Source: Candidatus Undinarchaeota archaeon
GTDB lineage: Archaea; SpSt-1190
Direction of reading: 5' to 3'
DNA length: 46,772 nt
NCBI GenBank assembly: GCA_964449215.1
Contig: CAYVAH010000004.1
Span: forward strand, 1-46,772
Positions 36,171 to 45,227 of this stretch are shown in pieces. The position numbers and the translations under genes were made by a program. The notes under the pieces are model-generated. The model did not search any database and was not told where the DNA came from. It saw nothing but the letters and a program-made list of their open reading frames with translations. The first letter of the stretch is position 1; the number at the start of each line of letters is the position of its first letter.

Positions 36171-36523
36171 AGCTTGACCAGCTCCTTCGCATATACCGGA
36201 AGGCGAGGGAGTCACAGGGAAAGAGAGAGCATGACAGGAGCCACACCGGCAGGAATCTCAGCTGTGGTGATGAAGTTACTGTGTATGTGAAGCTTGATGG
36301 TGACACGGTGAGTGACATATCCTTCGAGGCGAGTGGCTGTGCTATAAGCACTTCTTTCACCTATTTGATGGCAGAGAGGCTGAAGGGCAGGGATGTGAAG
36401 GAAATCCTTTCCCTCAGTGATGAGGAGTTCCTCAGGCTGATGGGCCTGGGGGAGATAAGCCCGGGAAGAATAAGATGTGCTTTGATTCCCCTTGTCACAC
36501 TCAGGCGCGCCCTCCGCAGGTAG
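36167..36523 (+). CDS. sufU: SufU/IscU-like sulfur-acceptor/scaffold protein
   Basis: NLSCGD, GCAIS, RIRCA. Confidence 0.88.
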   Translation: MKLDQLLRIYRKARESQGKREHDRSHTGRNLSCGDEVTVYVKLDGDTVSDISFEASGCAISTSFTYLMAERLKGRDVKEILSLSDEEFLRLMGLGEISPGRIRCALIPLVTLRRALRR

Positions 36524-36624
36524 CCTTTTATAGCTTTCCTGCCGGTGTTCGCATGAGGGTTGTCGGCGATGCTCTTGCTCCACTCTTAGCGAAGAACCTT
36601 TAAACCCGGGCGCCCCTTTTTTGA

Positions 36625-37227
36625 ATGCCAACTGCAGTGTTTGACTTTGATGGCACCCTCGCATACATGCCCAGTTCGCTGGTCTGGGCTCTGGAGATTC
36701 CCCTGCTCAAGAAGTTCCTGCTGCTTCCCCTCATTGTTTTTGAAAAACTCACAGGGAGGTCAGCATACCAGAAGAAGGTCTTTGAGTGGCTTGTTGGCAC
36801 CCCCGTGTCCCGGTCTTTGAGGCGGATGGCCGGTGTCCCTCCCGTCCCCGAAGGTTTGAGGTATTTCAAGGAGCTTGCTTCCAAGGGGTACCGGATGGTT
36901 GTGATGAGCTATTCCCCTGCAATTTTTGTGGAGGCATGGCTCCAGGCCCAGGGGCTTTCTGCCGACGTTATCTGTCCGGACTTTATAGTTTCCAGGGGGA
37001 AGATTGAGGCCGTCTCGGATGACGAGGTAACCCGCATATACCTGGATGAGCCGAAGGACGCGAAGAGAAAGGTGGCGGAGATTCTTAACCTGCGGCCCGA
37101 GATATCCGTGGGGGACAGTAGGAGCAGGGACCATGTGGGTGGAAAATACAGGGACATAAAGGAACTCCAGGCAAAGTATAGGAGCAAGGCGGCGCAGATT
37201 GCTGGAAATCTACATAAAGTTTTCTAA
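36625..37227 (+). CDS. HAD superfamily hydrolase
   Basis: VFDFDGTL motif I, VMS motif II, K, VGDSRSRD motif IV. Confidence 0.8.
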   Translation: MPTAVFDFDGTLAYMPSSLVWALEIPLLKKFLLLPLIVFEKLTGRSAYQKKVFEWLVGTPVSRSLRRMAGVPPVPEGLRYFKELASKGYRMVVMSYSPAIFVEAWLQAQGLSADVICPDFIVSRGKIEAVSDDEVTRIYLDEPKDAKRKVAEILNLRPEISVGDSRSRDHVGGKYRDIKELQAKYRSKAAQIAGNLHKVF

Positions 37228-38316
37228 CCTGCTCTGGCTGGAGGTCATCCTCCAGACAACGCTTTTTTTCTTCCAGTTTTCCCAGTCCAGCTCCCCACGG
37301 AGGCAGCTCTCCAGTTCCTCCAGTGACCCGAAGCTTTCCGGTCTTCCCTCGAGAGCCCTCCCCACGGACTCCCGTATGTGCCACACACCCACCGGATAAA
37401 TGTATTTTTTCCCAATCTTCCTGATGACCAGGGCAGCGGCCTGCCTTCCACGGTCCGCCAGCTTCTTGAGCACCTCGAGCCTTGCTGCATAGTAGGCCCC
37501 TGTTATGTTGCTCGCATAGCCCTTCTTGAATCCGCCATATTCGTGGTCCGATATGATGCCGTGCTCATACCATCTTTCCAGCATTTCAAATCCCCAGCTC
37601 CAGGGGATGAGCACCACCCAGAATCTGTTGTCCCAGTGTTCCATTCTGTATAACTCATAATTTCTTATTGGGGGTTTCCCTCTTATTCTGGAAAAATATT
37701 TCCTTGCCAGCACGGAGTCCACCGCGGTTATCGCCCACCTGGTGGGAACCATCTTTCTCTGTGCAGGGAGCCCGAGGTTTCCTGTGCTCAGGGCCTGAAC
37801 CAGATAGTTGAAGCCATACCTTTCAAGCCTCAGGAGAGCCTCCTGTGCCTTCAGGTCATAGCTGTCAACCACTGAATAAACCCGCCCGGGAACCTTCACC
37901 CCGTCTTCCGGGACTATTGACTCGGCCGGGACGCTTGCAGATATGCTCGGGGTCGCTGCCGGCATCGATCGGAGCCGGACATCGAACAGCACCGGATTGA
38001 CACTGAGTGATGCCTCCTCGTGTTCCCTGATTCCCTTGACCTGAAATGTCCTGAGCTGGTTTGCCCTTAACACCACGAAGTCCTCGAGGCTCATGTCGAA
38101 TGGTTCTCCACCTGGCTCTTTGAGGAGAAGGCTGGGTCCAACAGCCACCCTGGGGTAACCTTTCCAACCTACAAGGTAGTTGGGTGGTGATGGGGCTTCG
38201 ATGTCCTTCCCCATCTGTTTTATGGACTTCATCCGATCATAGAGCGGGCAGTGGGACAGACCGCACCAGAGCCTTCCCTTACACCTAATGCAGGTTTCTT
38301 CGCTTATCAACGCCAT
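37210..38316 (-). CDS. nreA: Archaeal DNA repair protein NreA
   Basis: CIRCKGRLWCGLSHCP, VGWKGYP, MVPTRWAITAVD, GAYYAARL, VGVWHIRE, C-terminal PIP box QSRLENF. Confidence 0.93.
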   Translation of the reverse strand: MALISEETCIRCKGRLWCGLSHCPLYDRMKSIKQMGKDIEAPSPPNYLVGWKGYPRVAVGPSLLLKEPGGEPFDMSLEDFVVLRANQLRTFQVKGIREHEEASLSVNPVLFDVRLRSMPAATPSISASVPAESIVPEDGVKVPGRVYSVVDSYDLKAQEALLRLERYGFNYLVQALSTGNLGLPAQRKMVPTRWAITAVDSVLARKYFSRIRGKPPIRNYELYRMEHWDNRFWVVLIPWSWGFEMLERWYEHGIISDHEYGGFKKGYASNITGAYYAARLEVLKKLADRGRQAAALVIRKIGKKYIYPVGVWHIRESVGRALEGRPESFGSLEELESCLRGELDWENWKKKSVVWRMTSSQSRLENFM

Positions 38317-38396
38317 TTAGAGCCCCGGTTATTTATAAGCTGGACGCGGAGCTTGCCGTTTCGAAACTTTTTTAATCGCAATACCTTCTGTGTAGA

Positions 38397-38732
38397 ATGA
38401 CAATCAAGTTTTGCCCGAAGTGCGGGTCGATGATGATTCCGGAGAAGGGTGCCTCTGAAATAGTCTGGAAGTGCCGGAAGTGCGACTACACTGAAAAGGG
38501 CAAAACTGCAAGGGGACTCGTGCTGAAAGAGAAGGTGAATGAGAAGGTCACGATTCCTGTGTTTGATGCCGAGGAGAACAAGGACAAGCTTTCAACCATT
38601 GAGGTGGAGTGCCCGAAATGTGGCAATGACCGGGCGGTCTGGTGGATTCAGCAGACCCGTTCGGGGGATGAGCCCGCCACGAGGTTTTTCAAGTGTGTGA
38701 AATGCAACCACACTTGGAGGGAATACTCCTAA
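38397..38732 (+). CDS. tfs: Transcription factor S (TFS)
   Basis: Two Zn ribbons; QTRSGDEPATRFFKC with acidic DE hairpin. Confidence 0.95.
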   Translation: MTIKFCPKCGSMMIPEKGASEIVWKCRKCDYTEKGKTARGLVLKEKVNEKVTIPVFDAEENKDKLSTIEVECPKCGNDRAVWWIQQTRSGDEPATRFFKCVKCNHTWREYS

Positions 38733-39697
38733 ACAAACCACAGCAGGATGGCGAAGAACGCAGAAATCGCCCACATAAACCCCACCACCTGTTTCTCCGT
38801 GTATTTTCCATTCATGAAGAGGTGTGGCAGGGAGTAAATGCCTTCGTGCTTGTATAGCTTCCCGTTCTCAACATAGCCAACGGTGGGTTTCTTGAACTTT
38901 CCCCTTGCTTTTAGCAGGCCTTCAATCAGGAAGGGTATTGAGGCAATCAAGGTGGGCTTCTCCATGTTTCCCACCACCGCGATGGTGCCGAGAACCGCCC
39001 CGAGGAAGTATGTGAGACTGTCCCCCGGGAGGAACCTGGCGGGATACCTGTTGAGCAAGAACACCCCTGCAACGGCGCCGAGCGCGGCGAAGGCTATGAC
39101 TTTTGCGGCGAGGCTGGAGTGGAAGTAGGCATACAGGGACAGCGAGGTCAGGTAGATCACACCCATTCCCGACTCAAGGCCGTTCAATCCCGCGAGCAGG
39201 TTTACCATGTTTGAAGCTCCAACTATGGCCACTGGCACTATCAAGAGGGGGTAGAGCAGACCGAAGGACACCGTTCCCACGATTGGCAGGGACATCGAGG
39301 ACACGCCCATCCGAAGGGCTGCGAGGGGAAGTGCTGCGGGGAGACAGAGCAGGGGCTTCTGCCATTGCTTCAACCCTATGCGTTTTCCTTTGGCTGTGTT
39401 GACATCATCGAGGAATCCCACGAGGGTCACGAACATTATTGTGAGTATGCTCGCCACAACTCCCAGAAGCTCGTTGTAATCCCTGAATATGTATGTTTTT
39501 AGGAAGATGTAAGCCATTGAAGCGAAGTAGAAGGCGAGAAAGGCGGGAATTCCGGCGCTTGTTGGCAGCTCCGGGTGCCCCTCCTTGTGGAGGTCCTTCC
39601 CCACCAGTCCAGCGTTCCTGAAATATCCTTTCATCCACGAGCCCAGCAGGTATCCTGAGACCAGTGCCACGGCAGTTTCCAGCACGAAGCTTTCCAC
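38729..39697 (-). CDS. UDP-GlcNAc:polyprenyl-phosphate GlcNAc-1-P transferase (AglH/GPT, glycosyltransferase family 4)
   Basis: GKDLHK, GFLDD, NMVNLLAGLNGLE, NRYPARFLPGDS. Confidence 0.9.
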   Translation of the reverse strand: MESFVLETAVALVSGYLLGSWMKGYFRNAGLVGKDLHKEGHPELPTSAGIPAFLAFYFASMAYIFLKTYIFRDYNELLGVVASILTIMFVTLVGFLDDVNTAKGKRIGLKQWQKPLLCLPAALPLAALRMGVSSMSLPIVGTVSFGLLYPLLIVPVAIVGASNMVNLLAGLNGLESGMGVIYLTSLSLYAYFHSSLAAKVIAFAALGAVAGVFLLNRYPARFLPGDSLTYFLGAVLGTIAVVGNMEKPTLIASIPFLIEGLLKARGKFKKPTVGYVENGKLYKHEGIYSLPHLFMNGKYTEKQVVGFMWAISAFFAILLWFV

Positions 39698-39759
39698 GTT
39701 TGCAAGATTCCCCAGAATTTATAAAATAGTTTAATATACTACCAGCTCCAGAGAGTTCT

Positions 39760-41709
39760 ATGGCGGAAAAGAAAAAGCCTACTCTTGGTGCGACCGTTGC
39801 TCCGCCTAATGAAAAGGCCGATTTTTTTGCCCAGCTGCAAAACACCTTTGAGAGGGGTGTTGTGAGCGCTGAGGTTGATTTATCCGGTCTTATAAGCGAA
39901 AAGGGCGGCGGGAGTGTGACCACTTCAATGTTCGGCGAAGCAGCTCGGGTTACCACGGGCCCCGCCGGGGTTTCAGACCAGACGATTCAGAAGATGAAGA
40001 CCATAGCCAACACCTTTGGCGGGAAATTCACGGTCCACGCTCCCATGCAGGCGAATCCTTCAGACATAATGGAAGTGGGCAGGACTCAGGCCGCCCAGCT
40101 GCTGAAGAAAAGCCTTGAATACACCGAAAAACTGGGGGGGAAGGTTCTCACGGTCCACCCCATGGGGCAGATGGAATATTACTTTGTTGACCCATTTGTG
40201 GGCACGAAGATGAACGTCCCGAATCCATTTTTTTTGGCTGCCAACCGGAAGGAGCTTCACCAGATGATGAGGAAGTTCGGTGTGAAGGACCCCCTCCTGA
40301 AGGAGCAGATTGAAAAGCAGTGGTCCAACTGGGTTCAGGTTCTTCCAACCTACTTTGCGGAAAAGTTCGCCCCCATGGCCGCCCGGAGCCTCGAGGACTT
40401 CTCTGAGAACGTGGCTTCCTGGAAGATTGGTGAGCTCATAAACAGGTACAGGAACAACCCGCAGAAAATCAGGGAGAAGGCAATAGAAATTATGGGCACC
40501 CTTGCCGCTCCAGTGGCGGGAGCGTTTGAGAGGAAGCTGCGCGAGGTGCTGATTAATGGCACGCTGACTCCCACTGCCAAGCAATATGCCTCGAGGACGG
40601 CCATTGATTACCACCGGAGGAGGGCTGAAGAAATGTGGACTAAGGTGGCCATGGCTTCCCTTGATCCAATAGCAAAGGACGGGTCGGTTCCGCGCCCACC
40701 GGAGGAACTCCGGAGGCTCGCCTCGAAGAAGCACCTCACCAAAGATGAAAGGCAGAGGTATAGAACGCTCCGGGAGAAATACAGGAAGGAGATTGAGGCT
40801 GTGAGGGCGGAGGCATGGGGGAAAACCATAACCCGCCAGAGGTTTGGGCCGTTCAAGGAATCTGAGGAGGAAATAAAGAATGCTGTAATCAAGACGTTCA
40901 GGCAGATATTTGAGTCCATAAAAAAGGAGAACAAGGGCCTTTACAGGTCCCTGAAGAATCGCAAGATAAAGATAGGCATTGAAAACCTGTTTCCCATGGC
41001 TCCCGAGAAGGGTTATATGCAGGGCTTTGCCTATTTCTACCGGCCGGAACATATCGCGGAGATAGTGAAGGCAATCCGGAAAGAGGCTAAGGATCAGGGG
41101 CTCCCTGAGGACATAGTTACGGTGACATTCGATGTGGCTCACGCGGCGGCCAGCGGCATAAAGCCGAGTGAGTTCCTCAAGAAGCTGAGAAAGTCAGGGG
41201 TGAAACCCGAGCATGTGCACATAGTTGGTGGTCCCGGATACGGGCATGAGCATATAGCCTGGGGAGACTGGCTTGACGAGGTGAGCAGGATGGACCCCGG
41301 TATTGTGAAGAAGCTTATGGATGTCGGGGTCATCAACATAGAGGGGGGTGCTGGTCTGCACGACGTTGAGGTGACCCTGAATGCGCTCTGGGACCGCGGG
41401 CTTCCCGTGGAGGCCATGATGGCTATGGCAGGGGCTCCGGACAGGTTCACGCCAGAACTCGTTCAGTACTCCGGTTTCCCCAAGGGCGCATATGCGGATG
41501 TTGCTCCAGCCTATTTTGGAACCATTATGCCCCAGAGGGCATTCTATTCCTTCCAGTATGAAGCTGTGCCAATGCCAATGAGGGGTGCCTTTGGTGGCTA
41601 CACGGCCCCTGCCCTTTTCGGCGGGGGATACACAATAGGTCCGCAGAGGACACCTTCCCTGTGGCCGTCGGCTCAGCCTTTTCTGTATTCGGCGAAGAAG
41701 GAGGAGTGA
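39760..41709 (+). CDS. Xylose-isomerase/endonuclease-IV-like metal-binding TIM-barrel protein with large helical insertion
   Basis: TVHAP, TVHP, GIENL, TFDVAHA, HVHI, HEH and IEG metal-ligand pattern; long insert between TVHP and GIENL. Confidence 0.7.
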   Translation: MAEKKKPTLGATVAPPNEKADFFAQLQNTFERGVVSAEVDLSGLISEKGGGSVTTSMFGEAARVTTGPAGVSDQTIQKMKTIANTFGGKFTVHAPMQANPSDIMEVGRTQAAQLLKKSLEYTEKLGGKVLTVHPMGQMEYYFVDPFVGTKMNVPNPFFLAANRKELHQMMRKFGVKDPLLKEQIEKQWSNWVQVLPTYFAEKFAPMAARSLEDFSENVASWKIGELINRYRNNPQKIREKAIEIMGTLAAPVAGAFERKLREVLINGTLTPTAKQYASRTAIDYHRRRAEEMWTKVAMASLDPIAKDGSVPRPPEELRRLASKKHLTKDERQRYRTLREKYRKEIEAVRAEAWGKTITRQRFGPFKESEEEIKNAVIKTFRQIFESIKKENKGLYRSLKNRKIKIGIENLFPMAPEKGYMQGFAYFYRPEHIAEIVKAIRKEAKDQGLPEDIVTVTFDVAHAAASGIKPSEFLKKLRKSGVKPEHVHIVGGPGYGHEHIAWGDWLDEVSRMDPGIVKKLMDVGVINIEGGAGLHDVEVTLNALWDRGLPVEAMMAMAGAPDRFTPELVQYSGFPKGAYADVAPAYFGTIMPQRAFYSFQYEAVPMPMRGAFGGYTAPALFGGGYTIGPQRTPSLWPSAQPFLYSAKKEE

Positions 41710-41718
41710 GGTGATGGT

Positions 41719-42543
41719 ATGAGAAAGAAGGAGGACGTGATGAAAGAGGCGAAGGAAACAAAGATGCGTCTCGAGGACATAGGCAAAATATATGATTATG
41801 TGGCGGAGGTCACCAAAAAATTCGGGACCTTTATCAAGGCTGTGGCTGTGTTCGGTTCCTTTGCCCGGAAGAAGAAGGAGGGGAGTGACATAGACATAAT
41901 GGTGATAGTGGATGACTCATTCGCCCCGCTTGACAAGGCGCTTTATGTGGCCTTCCAGGCGGAGATGACCCGGCTTTCTGCCCGGTATCCCAAGTTCCAC
42001 GTGACCACTGTGACAATCAGCCAGTTCTGGGACTCTGCGCGCCGTGGTGACCCGCTGGTCATACAGGTTCTCAGGGATGGTGTGGCTCTGGTTGATATGG
42101 GGTTCTTTGCCCCTCTGAAAAGGCTTCTGATACAGGGGAAGATCAAGCCGACGGAGGAGGCGATAAGTGCCACACTCTCCCGGGCGTTTTTCAACATAAA
42201 TGGCTACAACAACGCGTTGCTGGCGGCTGCGAATGCCCTTTACTGGGCGGCGGTGGAAGCGGCTCACGCGGGGATAATGCGTTACGGGAAGGTTCCCGGG
42301 TCCCCCTGGGAAGTGGCGCAGCTCCTGAGGGACACACTCGCCAAGGACGGGGTGATAACCATGGAGGACGTGCGCGTCTACGAGGAGGTCTTTGGTCTGG
42401 AGAAGGGCATATCCCGGGGGGAAATCACGCATGTAGAACCCGGGAAGCTTGATGAACTGCACCGGAAAGTCGTGGAGTTTGTCACGAAAATAGATACCTG
42501 GGTGAATGTGGAAGGGATAAAAAGGAAGCTTGGTGGTGAATAA
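41719..42543 (+). CDS. Minimal nucleotidyltransferase (MNT) plus HEPN-like domain protein, copy 1
   Basis: FGSFAR, SDIDIMVIVDD; helical C-domain LYWAAVEAAHA. Confidence 0.8.
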   Translation: MRKKEDVMKEAKETKMRLEDIGKIYDYVAEVTKKFGTFIKAVAVFGSFARKKKEGSDIDIMVIVDDSFAPLDKALYVAFQAEMTRLSARYPKFHVTTVTISQFWDSARRGDPLVIQVLRDGVALVDMGFFAPLKRLLIQGKIKPTEEAISATLSRAFFNINGYNNALLAAANALYWAAVEAAHAGIMRYGKVPGSPWEVAQLLRDTLAKDGVITMEDVRVYEEVFGLEKGISRGEITHVEPGKLDELHRKVVEFVTKIDTWVNVEGIKRKLGGE

Positions 42544-42544
42544 G

Positions 42545-43774
42545 ATGCCAAAGAAGGCCAAGGAAAAAACAAAGGAAAAGAAGGAGGCGGTCAGCAAGAA
42601 GGACCTCGAGAAGGCGAAGAAAAGGCGGGAGCTTTTTTTGAGGGCCAAGGTGAAGGTGGCTGAGCGGTTCTCCAACGCTGCCAGGCAGAAGCTTGGTGCG
42701 ATGATCAAGGGCGTTGCTGTGATTGGTAGCATAGCCCGGGGGGACTTCAAGCCCGGGTCTGACATAGATGTGCTCGTGGTGATAGATGACACGCAAAGGG
42801 ACGTGCCGGACGAGCTGAAGGAGAAGCTTCTGGCCATGCTTACTGATATGGGAAAGAAGATAGACAAGAAGATGCAGGTTCAGATTCACACAATTACGGA
42901 GCTTTTCCAGTTCGCGAAGGACGGGGACAATATTGTTTACAATTTTCTCCGGCATATGAAGGTTGTGTATGACGGGGGTGTGCTCAAACCCCTCCAGAAG
43001 CTCCTGAATGCGGGGGAAATAAAGCCGACGAAAGAATCCGTTATCCGCTCTATGGAGGGGGCTGACTTCTACATGAAAAAGGTTATTCAGTATGTGGAAT
43101 GGATAATCGAGAGGTATTACCGTGCCGTGACATGGGCAAGCAACGCGTTCATAATGAGTCTTGGCGAACACCCCGCTGCGCCACCTGAGATTCCGATTGT
43201 GCTCAAGAAGTATGCTGACCAGGGGATTCTCCCCCCGGAGGTCCCGGCAATAGCTGCCGAGGTCATAACCACGCACAAGGCTGTGGAGCACGGGGACCTC
43301 AAGCCCACTGTGGAGCATGCCAGAAAGCTGGAGCCCAAGGTCGTGAAGTTCGTGGAGCTCCTGCGGAAGGAGGTGCTTGGTTCTGTGATGGAGGAAGGGC
43401 TGAAGGGCTCCATGAAAGCCAAGATAAAAACAATGCCGAAGATAATTTTTGAGTTTGCTGACGGGCGCGCCTTTGCCTGGCTCCTCGATGATGGTGTTTA
43501 TGTGGCTCATTATTCGGGGGACAAGCTCAACAAGGTCTTCAAGTCTTCTGTGAAGAAGGGGGAGGTTGGAGGATTCAAGCCCATAAAGAGTGAGGAACTG
43601 TTCAAAGCCATGGAGGCCAGCGAGCTGAAGCCACTGATAAATATGAAGCTGATAAAGATGATATACGCCGCTCTGCCGGCAGGGGTGAAGGCCCCTCTGA
43701 AGAAGGTAGCAATAGAATACCCGGGCAGGGCCATGGTGGACCTGGGGAAGCTCCCCAGCCTTTCGGGAAAGTGA
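42545..43774 (+). CDS. MNT plus HEPN-like domain protein with extra C-terminal domain, copy 2
   Basis: IGSIARGDFKPGSDIDVLVVIDD; YYRAVTWASNA, HKAVEHG; C-terminal extension of over 100 aa. Confidence 0.8.
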   Translation: MPKKAKEKTKEKKEAVSKKDLEKAKKRRELFLRAKVKVAERFSNAARQKLGAMIKGVAVIGSIARGDFKPGSDIDVLVVIDDTQRDVPDELKEKLLAMLTDMGKKIDKKMQVQIHTITELFQFAKDGDNIVYNFLRHMKVVYDGGVLKPLQKLLNAGEIKPTKESVIRSMEGADFYMKKVIQYVEWIIERYYRAVTWASNAFIMSLGEHPAAPPEIPIVLKKYADQGILPPEVPAIAAEVITTHKAVEHGDLKPTVEHARKLEPKVVKFVELLRKEVLGSVMEEGLKGSMKAKIKTMPKIIFEFADGRAFAWLLDDGVYVAHYSGDKLNKVFKSSVKKGEVGGFKPIKSEELFKAMEASELKPLINMKLIKMIYAALPAGVKAPLKKVAIEYPGRAMVDLGKLPSLSGK

Positions 43775-43787
43775 ACCTCCTGAAGAA

Positions 43788-44243
43788 TTACAGCTCCTTA
43801 AGGGTTCTCCGGGCTTTCAGATACTTCTCAAGAAGCTGCGGGCTCTCCTTGCACCCCGGGCAGATGAAGTGTTCCAGCGGTGGTCTTTTACCCGGCTTGC
43901 CCTTTGCCTTTCCCTCCATCAACCCGGCAAAAAATCTGGAGCAGCACTCCGGGTAGCCGAACAGCTTTCCGAGTGCCTTTATTTTCTCACCGCCTTTCAA
44001 TTTTTCGGATGCATGGTACCTGTTGAGTGCTTCCCTGCTCCCGAACAGGATGTCTGTTTTGCATCCCTCGCGGGTCACTTCCACTTCCAGCCCCAGTTCC
44101 TTCAACAGTTCCACCACAACCTCATCAGGACCCTCGAAGCCATCCAGTTTGCTCACCGGTTTGATTCCTTGCACAGTCAAAAATGCCAGGAGGGCAACCC
44201 GCCTGTCCAGCCTGCCCAGCTTCCTGATTGCTTCCACCACCAT
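43788..44243 (-). CDS. DUF483-like hypothetical protein
   Basis: LGKLFGYPECC motif and HFICPGC. Confidence 0.6.
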   Translation of the reverse strand: MVVEAIRKLGRLDRRVALLAFLTVQGIKPVSKLDGFEGPDEVVVELLKELGLEVEVTREGCKTDILFGSREALNRYHASEKLKGGEKIKALGKLFGYPECCSRFFAGLMEGKAKGKPGKRPPLEHFICPGCKESPQLLEKYLKARRTLKEL

Positions 44244-44286
44244 GGGAGGCAGCAACCCTTATAAATTTTCCAAGAAAGCCCTGAGG

Positions 44287-44460
44287 ATGAGTGACCCAGT
44301 TTCCAAGCGGCTGTTTGACCGGGTTTTCATATGCATGAAGTGCAATGCCCGGATCAGGGCGAACCCCGAGAAGGTCAAGGCCGGCAGGGTCAAGTGCCGC
44401 AAATGCGGTTACTCTGGGCTGAGGCCCAAGAAAAGACTCCGGAAAGGTAAGGCGAAATGA
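44287..44460 (+). CDS. rpl40e: 50S ribosomal protein eL40
   Basis: ICMKCNAR and CRKCGYSGLRPKK; true start at ATG 44287 inside the longer ORF. Confidence 0.9.
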   Translation: MSDPVSKRLFDRVFICMKCNARIRANPEKVKAGRVKCRKCGYSGLRPKKRLRKGKAK

Positions 44461-45206
44461 TAGGGGCGTTCGAGCCAGCCAAGACGGTTTTCTATGCCCT
44501 CCTTTTAGCCTTTGTAATCCTCTTTTTTGGCGGGAACATAGCAGCCCTCCTCCCTGCTTTGCTTCTTATTCTGGCGAGTCACGGCTTTGAATCATTCCAC
44601 CGTGCCGATGTCAATCGCGTGTATGGGAAAGCACCTCCCGACAGGACTGCAGTTTTCAGGGTTTCATTGTTTCTGGCGGTCCTGGCCGCGGCATTTTCCT
44701 TCTACTTCGGGTTTTCCTACTGGTATGTTCTCATTGTTGCTCTGGCTTTCGCAGGTTCATACCTCTCATCGAGATATCAGTTCGCCTCGGACTTCCTGCT
44801 CTCCCTGATCTACCCGGCTCTGATGGTGCTTCACTCCGCTGACAGGACCCTGCTTGCTCCGGTTTACTGGTTCGTGTTCTTTCAGGAACTCGCTTCCCGT
44901 TCTGTGGTTCAGCTATCCCGCCCATTTGGTATGGAGAACCTGAACCTCCCCCAAATACTTGGTCCGGAGGGGGCTGCAAACTTCGTGCTGGTCCTTGAGT
45001 GCCTCTCCGCCCTGTGGCCCGTCCTGATGGCGAGATACGTGCTGGGTCTCCCCTTCTTTGCCTTTTCCCTCTCCGCGATGGTTCTTGCTGCTGCCGTCTA
45101 TGCGCTTGCTGTCTCCCATATTGAGCGGTCCGGTCTTCTGCTCAGAGTTTCCTCCCTCATTTTCTTGCTGTCGCTCTGGCTGTCCCTGATGGGGTCGGGC
45201 TTTTAA
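44457..45206 (+). CDS. UbiA/DGGGP-synthase-like membrane protein with degenerate Asp-rich motifs
   Basis: TM topology, DVNR..P and NLPQILG positions match the UbiA layout; directly upstream of the geranylgeranyl reductase gene. Confidence 0.5.
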   Translation: MIGAFEPAKTVFYALLLAFVILFFGGNIAALLPALLLILASHGFESFHRADVNRVYGKAPPDRTAVFRVSLFLAVLAAAFSFYFGFSYWYVLIVALAFAGSYLSSRYQFASDFLLSLIYPALMVLHSADRTLLAPVYWFVFFQELASRSVVQLSRPFGMENLNLPQILGPEGAANFVLVLECLSALWPVLMARYVLGLPFFAFSLSAMVLAAAVYALAVSHIERSGLLLRVSSLIFLLSLWLSLMGSGF

Positions 45207-45227
45207 ATTCTCCCCGCGCCTCTTTTC

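Noticed and set aside
36524..36624. Possible small RNA or tRNA between sufU and the HAD gene
   Set aside because: No cloverleaf or T-loop consensus; explicable as terminator plus promoter
44023..44286. Apparent N-terminal extension of eL40 (ubiquitin-fusion-like)
   Set aside because: Antisense to the DUF483-like gene, Ser/Thr-rich and not beta-grasp; the TATA position supports a start at 44287
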